Origin: Malacoraja senta
Taxonomy: Eukaryota
NCBI GenBank assembly: GCA_038087875.1
Contig: CM075992.1
Location: forward strand, 9,240,001 to 9,304,000
Direction of reading: 5' to 3'
DNA length: 64,000 nucleotides
Part shown: positions 1 through 12,365 of the stretch, piece by piece
Layout of the letters: every line of letters starts with the position of its first letter
Position numbering within the stretch: the first letter of the stretch is position 1
The notes under the pieces: model-generated
What the model was told of the DNA's origin: nothing
What the model saw: only the letters and a program-made list of their open reading frames with translations
Databases searched by the model: none
Translations under genes and position numbers: made by a program

Positions 1-3000
1 TTTAATAGCTAATTCTTGTTCCCAGTCTCTTCTGATACCCTCCGTAGATGGTATTTCTACATTTAAGATAATATTATACAAATATGATATTAAGTTTGCT
101 GATTCAGCTTTTATCTGCATTGCATCATCCAATACATCTGCTGGGCTATTATAATGATCTTTTGTATATTTTTTCAAATAGTCGCATATTTGAAAATATT
201 TAAGATATTGATTATTTACGAGTTTATATTTTATTTGTAATTGTTGAAATGAAAGTAATTTTCCAGTTTCATACAAGTCACCGAACGTTTTAATTCCTAG
301 TCTATCCCAGTGTGTGAAAGATTTATCTATAATAGAGGGATTAAACGAAGGGTTATTAACTATGGGAGATAAAAAGTGATAGATTTCATAATTTTAAATT
401 TTGTTTTATTTGTTTCCAAATTCGGATTGTGCTATGTATAATTGGGTTCTTATTATAATTTATGTTATTCAGTTTCATTGGTGAGAGGAGGATCGCTCCA
501 ATGTTTCCAGAGGAGCAATCCTCTCTCCATTACAATCCAGTCCACTTGCTGGGCAGAGTTATCCATCAGTTGAATCATATTTTTAATATTTACTGACCAA
601 TAATAATACATGAAATTAGGTAATGCTAAATCCCCTAATACTTTAGGTTTATTCAAGTGAGTTTTTTGTATTCTATGTGATTTATAGTCCCATATAAAAT
701 TAGTGATTTCTGAGTCCAGTTTTTTTTTAAACTTCTTTGGTAAGTATATAGGAATCAATTGGAATAGGTATAAAATTTGTGGTAGAAAGATCATTTTTAT
801 TGCATTTATTCGGCCTATTAAAGACATCGGGAGCGTTTTCCAAAATTTAATTAGTGTGTTTAATTTATTAAGGAGGGGATCAAAATTTGCTTTAAACATA
901 CCTTGATATGTTCTAGTAATTTCGATTCCCAAGTATTTGAATTTTTCTGTAGCTATTTTAAAAGGGAATTTTAAAAGATGTGTTGAATCTTTCGGTTTTA
1001 TTGACATAATTTCACTTTTATTCCAATTTATTCTGTATCCAGAAAAAGATCCAAAGTCTTCAATTAAATTTAATATATTTGGTATAGTAATTTGAGGTTT
1101 TGTAATGTACAGTAATATATCATCCGCGTATAAAGATATTTTATTATTTGAATCTTTAGTATTATACCCATGGATATCAGGGTGTATTCTAATTTTTTCT
1201 GCTAACGGTTCAATAATAAGAGCAAACAACTGTGGTGATAATGAGCATCCTTGTCTATTTCCCCTTGATAGTTGAAATTTCGAGGATAATATGTTATTAG
1301 TTAGTATTCTAGCTGTAGGTTTATTATATAATAATTTAATCCATAGAATAAAATTCTCTCCCAGTTGGAATTTTTGTAATACTTTATCCATATAATTCCA
1401 TTCTACTTGGTCAAATGCTTTTTCAGCATCCAACGAAATAATTGATAATTCTTGTTCTTCAGATTTGTGTGAGTGCATTATGTTGAGTAAACGTCTCATA
1501 TTGTTAGATGAGTATCTCTTAGGGATAAACCCCGTCTGATCTGGGTTTATTAGTTTACTAATATATTTACTTAATCTTCTAGCTAATGTTTTTGCTAATA
1601 TTTTTTGATCTGTGTTTAACAATGCTATAGCTCTATATGAACCCAGTTCTTATATATCTTTGTCTTTCTTAAGTATTAGTGTAATCGTTGATTCCGCTAA
1701 TGTATCAGGTAGTATTTGTTTTTTAAAAGCATATTGGTACATTTTTTGTAATCTTGGTATAATTTTGTCATAGAAGCTTTTATAAAATTCATTAGTAAAT
1801 CCATCAGGACCTGGTGTTTTTCCATTCTTTAGTGAGTTTATTGTATCTTCTAATTCCTTAATTGAGATTTGTGCACCCAATTCCTCTTGTTCCTTCAACT
1901 CTAACTTTGGAAGATTACAATTATCCAAAAACTCTGTGATTTTATTGGAGTCAGTTGTCGTTTTAGATGTATACAAATTCTCATAAAATTGCGCAAATCT
2001 TTTATTAATATCCTTCGGTATGGTTAATAATTCCCCTTTATATGATTTAATCTTTGGGATCGTATGTTCTTTTTCTCGTTTTTTAGCTGGCGAGCCAAAA
2101 GTTTATGCGGTTTATCCCCAAATTCAAAGTGCTCTTGTTTTGTAATTTGAAAAAGTCTTATAAATTTGGCCGATAATAGTTTATTTAATTTACATTTCAA
2201 AATTATTATTTTATTATGTTTATCTATTGATGGATCTTTAGCATTATCTATATCCATTTGTCTAATAAGTTCTTCTAACTGTCTTTGTTCATTCTTATTC
2301 TTTTTATTTTGAAAAGCTTGATATGAAATTATAATACCCCTGATGTATGCTTTAAAAGATTCCCATAATACAGTAGGCGATATATCTGGAGTGTCATTTA
2401 TTTTTAAAAAGTCATCCATTTGTTCTTTTAAATATATGCTCGCTTGTGGATCTTTTAGGATTTGAGAATTAAATCTCGAAAACGATTTATTCTTAGACAT
2501 TCCTTCCAGTTTTAAAAATAAAGTTAATGGTGAATGATCTGAAATCGAATTTGTATGGTATATTGGGTTAAAAGTATAAGGGATTAATTTTGTATCCACC
2601 AGGAAATAGTCTATACGTGAGTATGTTTTGTGTACCATTGAATAAAACGAGTATTCCCTGCCAGTTGGATTACCAATTCTCCATACATCTGCTATATTAG
2701 TATTGTTTATGTAAGTATTGAGAAGTTCACCGGTTTTAGATTTCATATTCCCTCTCTGTTTTTGGCTTGATTTATCTAAATACGGATCTAAAACACAGTT
2801 AAAGTCTCCTCCTATTATAACATTTTGATAGTTAGACTCTGCAATTATGTTCAAAATTTTATTTTAAAAATGAGGGTTGTCAAAGTTAGGCGCATATATA
2901 TTTACCAAGGTAATTGGAGTATCATGAATTTCTCCATTAACTATTAAGTATCTCCCTTCGATGTCTGTTATGATATTCTTTGCTTTAAATGGTATACCTT

Positions 3001-3840
3001 TTCTTATAATGATTGCCGTACCTCTAGATTTCGAAGTAAATGAAGAATGGTATGTTTGACCTATCCATTTCGCCCTCAACCTAGCTTGATCCTGAGATTT
3101 TAAATGCGTTTCTTGTAAGAAGATAATGTCAGCGTTGTACAGTTTCAGCTGAGCTAGTATCTTACCCCTTTTAATAGGTTCGTTAATACCTCTTATATTC
3201 CAACTACAGAATAAGATTCCTCCTAGGTTCTTTTGCTTAGCATCTTGCATTTTGAATAATTATAGTACCTTTAAATATTGTGGTGCATCCATATCCCAGG
3301 TCTTTGGGTATTGGGGGAACTTTTGAATTTCTAAGTTTTGTTGGTATATCCCTTTTACGCTTATCACTAAACACAAAACACAAACATGTGAGTTTATGTG
3401 ATAATTTAAAAAAAACTAAAAAAGTGAAAATACAGTGTCTAATATAGTCGGCACTGTAGCAAGTGGCCCACCTGTAGGTGGGAAAAAACCTTGTTTCGAC
3501 TTCCATTGTGATGTTAAACAAATAGCTCCGCTCTCTTGGTTAATCATAACATATTAAAATATTAAAACGGGGCCTCACATTCAAATATATAATACAATTT
3601 TACCCTATATATTTCATTATAACATATCATGTATATATCGCAATTTTAGCTACTAATTATTAAACAGATATTTTTGACTTCCATAATGGTCAGCTGTTTG
3701 TTGAAGGGGTTAACGAGACGTGCCCCTGGACCTAAGCCAGGTGCTCGTTTCTCATCCACTCCTCCCAATTATAGATAAGGTTTAAATTTGTTAAAAATTC
3801 GTATTAGTATGTTAGTTCATTATTTTTTATTTTTATTTAT
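1..3840 (-). mobile_element. L1-clade LINE: inter-ORF spacer plus ORF2 (APE endonuclease + RT), frameshifted; 3' end outside the window
   Basis: ORF pieces carry EN motifs SWNIRG, FLQETH, NIYAPN, GGDFN, SRIDY and SDHSP, and RT motifs PGPDG, SLDAEKAFD, RQGCSLSP, LYADD and YLG. ATG at 3250. Confidence 0.95.
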
Positions 3841-5500
3841 TCCGGTGGCGCCATGTTGGATTAACAGACGTGCACCTAGCTCCGCTCCCGAAAAATTTCA
3901 CGATTTATCGTGTAAAACGCGTCCATAAATCGGGACTGGATTTAAAAACCTTACTGGAGCTTCTGGTCACCGGGCTGATGACGTCATCAGTAAGCGCGAT
4001 GTTTTAAACGGTGGTTTAAAGCCTTTTAAATGAGTAAACTGTCTCCAGCCAAGAGCCCTCAGAGATCAATGAAAAAGCTGCTGAGAAACCAGAAGAAGCC
4101 TGAAGGAGAAGTTACCTCTGAAGTTTTTGAAGTGGCTGCAGAAATGGATACAAGATCTAAGACAGAGTCTGGTAAGGACAAAGAGTTTGATGACTTGAAG
4201 AAATCTGTGAATGATATGAAAGATATGAAAGATGAGATTTTGAATGAAAATAAAACTCTGATGGAAAATATGGGAAATATGATGGAAAAAATGGAAAAGA
4301 TGATGAAGGATTCAAATGCTGGTAATCAGAAGGCTATTGATGCTAGTAATCAGAAGGTGATTGATTCACTGGACACTATAAATAAACGAATTGATGATGT
4401 GAAAGATGGACTATCGGAGAGAATGGACAAGATGGATGAAACTACTACGGACAGGTTCACGGCTGTGCTTGAAACAGTAGCTGCCAGTATGCGCACAATT
4501 ACGGAATTGGAGAAAAATACGGCTCGAGTGGTTGAAGACATGGCGAAAATGAGGCAAGAATATGAGCAAATGAAGCAAGAAAATGAACAAACTTCACTAC
4601 AGATGGTGATTCAACTCAGACAAATGCCTGGACCTGGAAGCTCGCTCTAGACGCCAGAATTTGAGAATTCTTGGAGTCTCAGAGGGAGCCGAGGGGAAGG
4701 ACGTTCGTGAGTTTGCCATGGGTTTACTTAAACAACTGCTTAATCTTTCCAAAGAACCGAAAATTGAAGTGGCTCATCGTGTTCCAAGATTTAAACAGAG
4801 ATCTGATGCTGGAAAAAGTCACCCACGACATATTATTGTGAAATTTCGGGATATTTTAGAACTGGAAGATGTTATGAGCAAAATCAAGTACGGAGTGCAG
4901 CTGCGGGTGGACAATGACATTATCAAGATATTCAGGGACTATCCGTATGAAATTGTGCAAAAGAGAAACCAATTTGGGAAGGTTAAAGATCTTTTAAGAG
5001 GGAAACAAGGGATCAGATACGGGGTTTTTTATCCAGCTAAAATGCGTATTTCTCTCAAGGGTTCTGAAAAGTCATTTGCAAAACCAGAAGATGCGTTCAA
5101 ATATGCCCAGAGTATCGTTGAAAAATAGAAATTAAATGGAGGTTTGGCAGATCTGAACCATTCCAAGCAATGTTTTGTCTTGGGATGGCTAGACTGTTAT
5201 CTATGGAACTTTGAATCAAGGACACTCTCTGTTCAAAATGAGTGAACAGCTGAACAGAAATGAATGGTATATACCAGAAGAATTATCTGTGTAATAGACT
5301 ACAATATTAAATCCAATCGTAAGAACTTATCCTATTAACAACTTAATAAGTTATTCATGTTAGATTAGAATGCTAACAAAAATTTAATTTTTTTTTTTTT
5401 TTTTTTAAATTATCAAATAAATTAAAGAGGTTATAAAACTTCAATGATAAGATCAGGTTGTTACTTCCTGGAGTTGTGAAGACTGAGAGATCTAATTAAT
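3840..5500 (+). mobile_element. L1 5'UTR + ORF1 (coiled coil-RRM-CTD, one frameshift), inverted relative to the adjacent ORF2
   Basis: 4030-4650 is coiled-coil-like. An alternate frame gives KCLDLEARSRRQNLRILG, then IEVAHR, PRHIIVKF and YPAKMR (L1 ORF1p motifs). Begins with CpG-rich TTCCGGTGGCGCCATG. Right boundary approximate. Confidence 0.9.
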
Positions 5501-5814
5501 CTTATTGGGGGCTTGACAATGGATATAGAGAAGGTGTATCCACTGGTGGGGTGATCTGGCACTCAGGAACTTTGTCTCAGGAGAGGACACTCTTTTAAGA
5601 CTGAATCGAGAAACATTTATTCTCTATAATAATTGTAAACTTGTGGAATTCTCCACCTCACAAATGCTGTCATTAAATATACTCAACACCAGGGTCAATT
5701 ATGCTACAGAGGAATCATAGGTTGTGAGGAATCAGACAAAAAAAGTGTGGTTGAGGTCAATAATTAGGACAACCAAGGTTTTGAGCAGAGAAGCAGACAC
5801 GAGAGGCTATAATG

Positions 5815-6225
5815 ACTTGCCCAACACCTCCGCTCAGTTCGCAATAACCAACCTGATCTCCCGGTGGCTCAGCACTTCAACTCACCCTCCCATTCCGAAT
5901 CCGACCTTTCTGCCCTGGTCCTCCTCCATGGCCAGAGTGAGTCCCACCGCAAATTAGAGGAACAGCACCTCATATTTCGCTTGGGTAGTTTACACCCCAG
6001 CGGTATGAACATTGACTTCTCCAATTTCAGGTATTCCTTGCTTTCTCCCTCTTTCCCCTCCCCTTCCCAGCTCTCCCACAGTCCACTCTCCTCCTCTTCC
6101 TTTCATCTTCCCCACCCCCACATCAGTCTGAAGAAGGGTCTCGACCCGAAACGTCACCTATTCCTTCGCTCCATAGATGCTGCCTCACCTGCTGAGTTTC
6201 TCCAGCATTTTTGTCTGCCTTGTTT
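5815..6225 (+). mobile_element. Penelope-like element 3' fragment (GIY-YIG C-terminus + pLTR with hammerhead-like motif)
   Basis: Reads HLRSVRNNQPDLPVAQHFNSPSHS...LEEQHLIFRLGSLHPSGMNIDFSNF, then a pyrimidine tract and CTGAAGAAGGGTCTCGACCCGAAACGTC. Confidence 0.85.
6128..6155 (+). ncRNA. Minimal hammerhead-ribozyme-like core (representative copy)
   Basis: CUGAAGA-A-[GGGU CUCG ACCC]-GAAA-CG-UC. Helix III is the short palindrome ACGU; helix I is weak. Confidence 0.6.
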
Positions 6226-6374
6226 TTACGGTACGTTGAAAGAGAGAAATGTAGCAGGACAAATTTGTGAAGTATAAACCCCAGCATAAGCCAGTTGGGC
6301 TGAGGACCAGTTTTGTGTTGTATATTCCATGTAATTCTAAGTTGACACCTTGCCCACTAGGAGGCAGCCACTAA

Positions 6375-7038
6375 AAGGGCTGTCCCACTTGGGCGACCTA
6401 ATCCGCGAGTCCAGAAGAGTGTCTTCGACCTTCAAGCTCGAGGGCACTCGCCTGGATAGCCTCGAGCTGGATCGACCGACCGCACACACACACATCGCGA
6501 AGGTGAGGGCCAGGGAAAGTGGGGGAGCGCTGTCTGAAATTCACACCCGCGCTGAAGAAGAAGGTAAAACGGCTGCACAGTAACGGTAAGTCCTTTAGAG
6601 AGCGCGGAGGGGGGGGGGAGAAGGAGTGGAGACACTTTTAAGAAGTTTAATAAAGTTTAGCGGGCATTTTACCTACCGGGAGAAAGCAAGGAATACCTTG
6701 GTCCTGAAAACTCCAATGAGCCAATCAAAATGCCCGATCAGCGAAGGAGATTACCTATGGCTGCCTGTAACTAAATAGCGACCCCACTCCACTGCACTAC
6801 GAGTTTTAAAAAACCATGCCGACCAAAGTTTACTTGCGGAAAATTTTTCAACATGCTGAAAATGTTTCTGCGACCTAGCTGAGGTCACGAGTATTCAGGA
6901 ATGTCCCTCGAGCATGAAGGAGAGTTCCAGCAGCCTCATAGGGCCTCCTAGGACCACGCGTCGACCATGCTGCGAGTTTGAAGGTCGAAGACACTCTTCT
7001 AAACTCGCAGATTAGGCCACCCAAGTGGGACAGCCCCT
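6375..7038. mobile_element. PIF/Harbinger-like MITE
   Basis: Long imperfect TIRs (AAGGGCTGTCCCACTTGGG ... CCCAAGTGGGACAGCCCCT) with TAA on both sides. Confidence 0.85.
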
Positions 7039-8083
7039 TAAGACTGTTCCAACTGTTAGCACCATCAACTTGGATTTCATTACTCAAAGATGGGACAAGT
7101 ATTAGCTTACAGAGTTCAATGTTGCAGTGCACTTAGGCTTCCTTCATCATATTGGATCAGAATTGCTGCCTTTCATCTTTGTCTGGATACAACATGCTCA
7201 CAAGGGTACTTCTCAGTGATCTTCCTCAGATAGTTCTGATCGCCATGCACAAGTAAGATTGGGATACACTGAAAAATGATAAAAGGTTGACAAAACTGAC
7301 TTTGCTTAATTAATTAGATTAAACATCTGAAACAATTAGCTAGGCTGGAACGTACTACTTTAAGAGGTGACATACTTTTGCAACTTTAACGACCCCAACA
7401 AGTTGCTGATGATATATTAAAAATGCTCTTTCCTCACAACCCCTTTGTATCTTTTGTTCAAAATTTGCAACGTAAGCCACTCCCCAGCACTGAAGGGATT
7501 AGTATCTGTTGCATCTAAACCCAACTACCGTACGTTACATTTCTTAACATCCTTTGCTCCTGGAAACAACCCCAGCTTCTCCAAACTGGCTTCATAGTTG
7601 GTCGGTAAGACTAATAGAAGAGGTTCATTTAACCTGCTCACTGCCAAGTTTTCCCCCCACTATTGGTCATGACCTGAGTATACTCGGGGGTGGCACTGGA
7701 CAGGTTAAAGACAAGTGTGAGAAGTACGTGAGGGAGTACAGATGGAAACGTTACACTTGATGCATTGGCTAGGAAGGGGCTTCAGTGGAATAAAAACATC
7801 TGAGACTCATTGGGCTGCATGGCATGCTTCTGTCCATTCCACGGGCCCCAGATTAAAAGCTTGGGTTACTTAAACTTGTCACTTGTTTCAAACAAACATC
7901 ACCTATTTCTCAGCATCTCCCACAATCTTTTGTCTTGGGTTCTGTGCCACAGATTCCAATCTCACATTTTCTCCTCTCTTCATTTCACACACATGACAGT
8001 CAGGCAGAGTGACAGCAATCACACAGTGGCTTGCTGGCTCATTGCTCTAGTAACCTAGCCAGCAAGTAGTCTTCCAACACTGT

Positions 8084-8183
8084 AAGGTACACAAAAATGC
8101 TGGAGAAACTCAGCGGGTGCAGCAGCATCTATGGAGCGAAGGAAATAGGTAACGTTTCAGGCCGAAACCCTTCTTCAGACACT
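8084..8183 (-). mobile_element. 100-bp Penelope-derived hammerhead-motif unit with 15-bp TSD
   Basis: GTCTTCCAACACTGT at 8069-8083 and 8184-8198 flanks the insert. Confidence 0.8.
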
Positions 8184-8830
8184 GTCTTCCAACACTGTGC
8201 TGGAACAGCCAGTGCCTGTATCACTGATAGAGGTCTTGAAGCACTGTTTGACCACACCTCCTCTCAGCCCATGGCTACCCAGTCACATTCAGTCCCACCA
8301 ACATAATAGAGAAAACTGACAATTATATTGTGCTTTCCACCACCTCAATCAGTGTTACTTAAATCAGGCAGTATTGAGAAAGTGTGTAGGAAGGAACTGC
8401 AGATGCTGGTTTAAACCAGATAGACACAAAAAGCTGGAGTAACTCAGCGGGACAGGCAGCATTTCTGGAGAGAAGGAATGGGTGATGTTTCGGGTCAAGA
8501 TATGAAGATAGCACACTTCAAAAAATATTTAATGTACTAACATGTTGAAGTAACTCAGCGGCACTGGCAACATCTCTGGAGAACATGCATTGATAACGTT
8601 TTGGGTTGGGACCTTCTTCAGATCTGAATTCTGAAGAAGAGTTCTGACCCTAACCGTCACCTATCCTTATTCTCCACAGATGCTGCCGGACCTGCTGAAT
8701 TACTCCAGCACTTTGTGTCCTTTGGTGAAGTTCCTTGTTTCTACATAATATAACAATCCTGTCACACAGCAAGTTAACACACAGAATCGTAACCAGATCA
8801 TTTTATTGGTGGTGAACTGCCCTCTTATAA

Positions 8831-9650
8831 CATAGAAACATAGAAAATAGGTGCAGGAGGAGGCCATTTGGCCCTTCGAGCCAGCACCGCCATTCATTGT
8901 GATCATGGCTGATCGTCCCCAATCAATAACCCGTGCCTGCCTTCTCCCCATATCCCTTGATTCCACTAGCCCCTAGAGCTCTATCTAACTCTCTCTTAAA
9001 TCCATCCAGTGATTTGGCCTCCACTGCCCTCTGAGGCAGGGAATTCCACAAATTCACAACTCTCTGGGTGAAAAAGTTTTTTCTCACCTCTGTCTTAAAT
9101 GGCCTCCCCTTTATTCTAAGACTGTGGCCCCTGGTTCTGGACTCGCCCAACATTGGGAACATTTTTCCTGCATCTAGCTTGTCCAGTCCTTTTATAATTT
9201 TATATGTTTCTATAAGATCCCCCCTCATCCTTCTAAACTCCAGTGAATACAAGCCTAGTCTTTTCAATCTTTTCAATCTTTCCTCATATGACAGTCCCGC
9301 CATCCCAGGGATCAATCTTGTGAACCTACGCTGCACTGCCTCAATCACAAGGATGTCCTTCCTCAAATTAGGAGACCAAAACTGTACGCAATACTCCAGA
9401 ACTGCCCTCTTATAACATAGAAACATTCAGATGTATAGGGTCTTACCAGAGCCCTATACAACTTCAGAAGAACCTCTCTACTCCTATACTGAAATCCTCC
9501 TGTTATGAAGGCCAACATTCCATTAGCTTTCTTCACTGCCTGCTGTACCTGCACGTCAACTTTCAGTGACCGGTGTACCTCCCCTTTACCTAACCTAACC
9601 CCATTGAGATAATAATCTGCCCCCTTGTTTTTGCCACCAAAGTGGATAGC
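8831..9650 (-). mobile_element. CR1 LINE 3' fragment
   Basis: Reads [10 protein letters not shown]...[13 protein letters not shown]...RTRGHSL...FFTQRVVNLWNSLP; (TTTCTATG)n tail. Confidence 0.92.
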
Positions 9651-11806
9651 TTCTGCAGAATATTTTCGTGGCACCTCTTCCATCTGCCTAAGAGTGCAGA
9701 TGGGGCCACAGTTGAAGTGAGGCGTGCGAAAGGTATCACCTCTGCTAGTGCAACACTGCCTCAGTTCTGCATTGGAAATCTCAGCCTGACTGTTATATTC
9801 TGCACACAGCACGTGGCTTGGACAGATGGAACTTTTCAGAACAAAATTAACTGAATAATAATGAACTATAAGACAGATGGTATTTATTTAATATGCAACC
9901 AAACTGAACCAGAACTACACATTTTAGTTTAGTGATACAGCGCGGATACTGGCCCTTAGCCCCACTGAGTCTGCACCGACCAGCGATCCCCGCATTTTAA
10001 CAGTATCCCACACACACTAGGGGCAATTTACATTTATATCAAGCCAATTAATCTACAAACCTCTACGTCTTTGGAGTGCGAGAGGAAACCGAACATCTCG
10101 GAGAAAACGTACAAACTCCATACAGTCAGCACCAGTAGTCAGGATAGATCCCGGGTCTCTGGCGCTGTAAGGCAGTAACTCTCCCGCTGCACCAGCGTTC
10201 TGAACTTGCATTTGTAATACACATTAAAATTACATAAAGGACCAAAATAGATTTGGAATATTGTTGTAGAAACTTGCAAGCAACAATGGCCTACTGTCAC
10301 CCTGATGGTTGGGTAATCTGGCTTTAATCAGGACCCCATGGTAAGTGACCCCATGCGCTTTGAACTGTGCCGTTAGCTCTCTTACCCGTGACTGCGACAC
10401 ACATTTTAACTCCACACCTTAAACGTCAGAAACTGAAACAATATAGAGACTAGAATGATAATATATGAATGGAATGTCAGCAGTAAGCAGGGTTAGAGCA
10501 AACAAACTTCTATCCATGACAATGTCGTGATCAGTTAAGTCAAGCTGTCATTTATTAGCCACATTACGATTTCTTTTTGTTTTAAATACTCTAACGTTAC
10601 ACTTGAAGCACACAATTTAGTAGAAATAAACACTGCAAGATCTGGGACTTCTGCCATGTTTCATTAACCAGCTTGAACTATTAAAAGAACAATAAAGGTC
10701 ATCTATCTGTCAGTGAGACTTTTGAACTGGGTTCCAAATCAATAGATTTTTTTGATCAAGCAAGTCAAGGTCATTTTGCCCAGCTCAGTCTCTCATTCAA
10801 CCAGTGCCTGGCTATTTGTGACTTTATATTGTTTTCTCAATATTTCATAGTCGCTTGCGTCACCAGATTTGTTGCTTAGATTTGTATTGTTGATCCTGTC
10901 ACTAAGTAGCTGCTGAGTACAGCCGTAAATGTTAATTTCCCAAGATGGACACAAAATGCTGGAGTAACTCAGCGGGTCAGGCAGCATCTCTGGAGAGAAG
11001 GAATAGGTGACGTTTCGGGTCGAGACCAACCCAAAACATCACCTATTCTTTTTGTCCAGAGATGCTGCCTTACACACTGAGTTGCTCTAGCTATGTGTCT
11101 GATCTTCAGTTTAAACCACCATGTGCAGTTCCTTCTGCACAATGTTAATTTCCTAACCAGGTTACAGCGAATTCCATGAGCAGGTTCAGCCAGTAGCTTC
11201 CAATGATGGGATGAATTATTCAATTGACTTTTTTTCTAAGTAAACATTTAGCACGGGTCTTCTAGACTGCTTCAATGATCAATAGACTAAGTGGTGTGGT
11301 ACTGTGTCATAGTAATCAGAGGATATGATTCCTACGTGTACTAACTCAGAGCAGTAGCACAAACAAAAATTACACTCAGAACCCCCGAGAATTAAGATTT
11401 CTCGTGGGCACACGTTATCAAACCCACAACCTCAAATGGAAAGGTGTAGGAAAAAACTGCAGTTGCTGGTTTACCCCCGAAGAGACACAAAATGCTGAAG
11501 TAGCTAGCTCAGCGGGACAGGCAGCATCTCTGGACCCTTCTTCAAGGGTCTCGACCCGAAACGTCACCCATTCCTTCTCTCCAGAGATGCTGCCTGTCCC
11601 GCAATGTTTCTCCAGCATTTTGTGCCTAACCTCAAATGGAAAACTGGGCATTGGATAGTTTGGAGTTATTCACCACTAGCCAGGTTTCCTCCTCAATTAA
11701 ACTTAACATGTATTTACGGCTCAGGTTTCCCCAGTGAAACATTTCTGCCGTCTTTTTCTATTGCTTTTGCTTGTTCTCTCTATTCCTCCATTGTCCTCAC
11801 TTCCTG

Positions 11807-12365
11807 TCTGAAGAAGGGTCTCGACCCGAAACGTCACCCATTCCTTCGCTCCATAGATGCTGCCTGTCCCGCTGAGTTTCTCCAGCATTTTTGTCTACCT
11901 TCGATTGTTCCAGTATCTGCAGTTCCTTCTTAAACATCCTGTCTGACTGATTCCTTTGATGCAATTTTAATATCATTTTATTATTTTTGTTGTACTGTTT
12001 AAGAAGGAACTGCAGATGCTGGAAAATCGAAGGTAGACAAAAATGCTGGAGAAACTCAGCGGGACAGGCAGCATCTATGGAGCATTTTTGTGTACCTTCA
12101 ATTTTCCAGCATCTGCAGTTCCTTCTTAAACAGTACAACAAAAATAATAAAATGATATTAAAATTGCATCAAAGGAATCAGTCAGACAGGATGTTTAAGA
12201 AGGAACTGCAGATGCTGGAACAATCGAAGGTAGACAAAAATGCTGGAGAAACTCAGCGGGTGCAGCAGCATCTATGGAGCGAAGGAGATAGGCAACGTTT
12301 CGGGCCGAAACCCTTCTTCAGAACTGCTGCACCCGCTGAGTTTCTCCAGCATTTTTGTGTACCTT
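11807..12365. repeat. Fold-back cluster of Penelope-derived units with an inverted copy of captured flanking DNA
   Basis: Core arms at ~11868-12047 and ~12082-12260 are reverse complements and include ~65 nt not seen in other copies of the unit. Confidence 0.85.
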
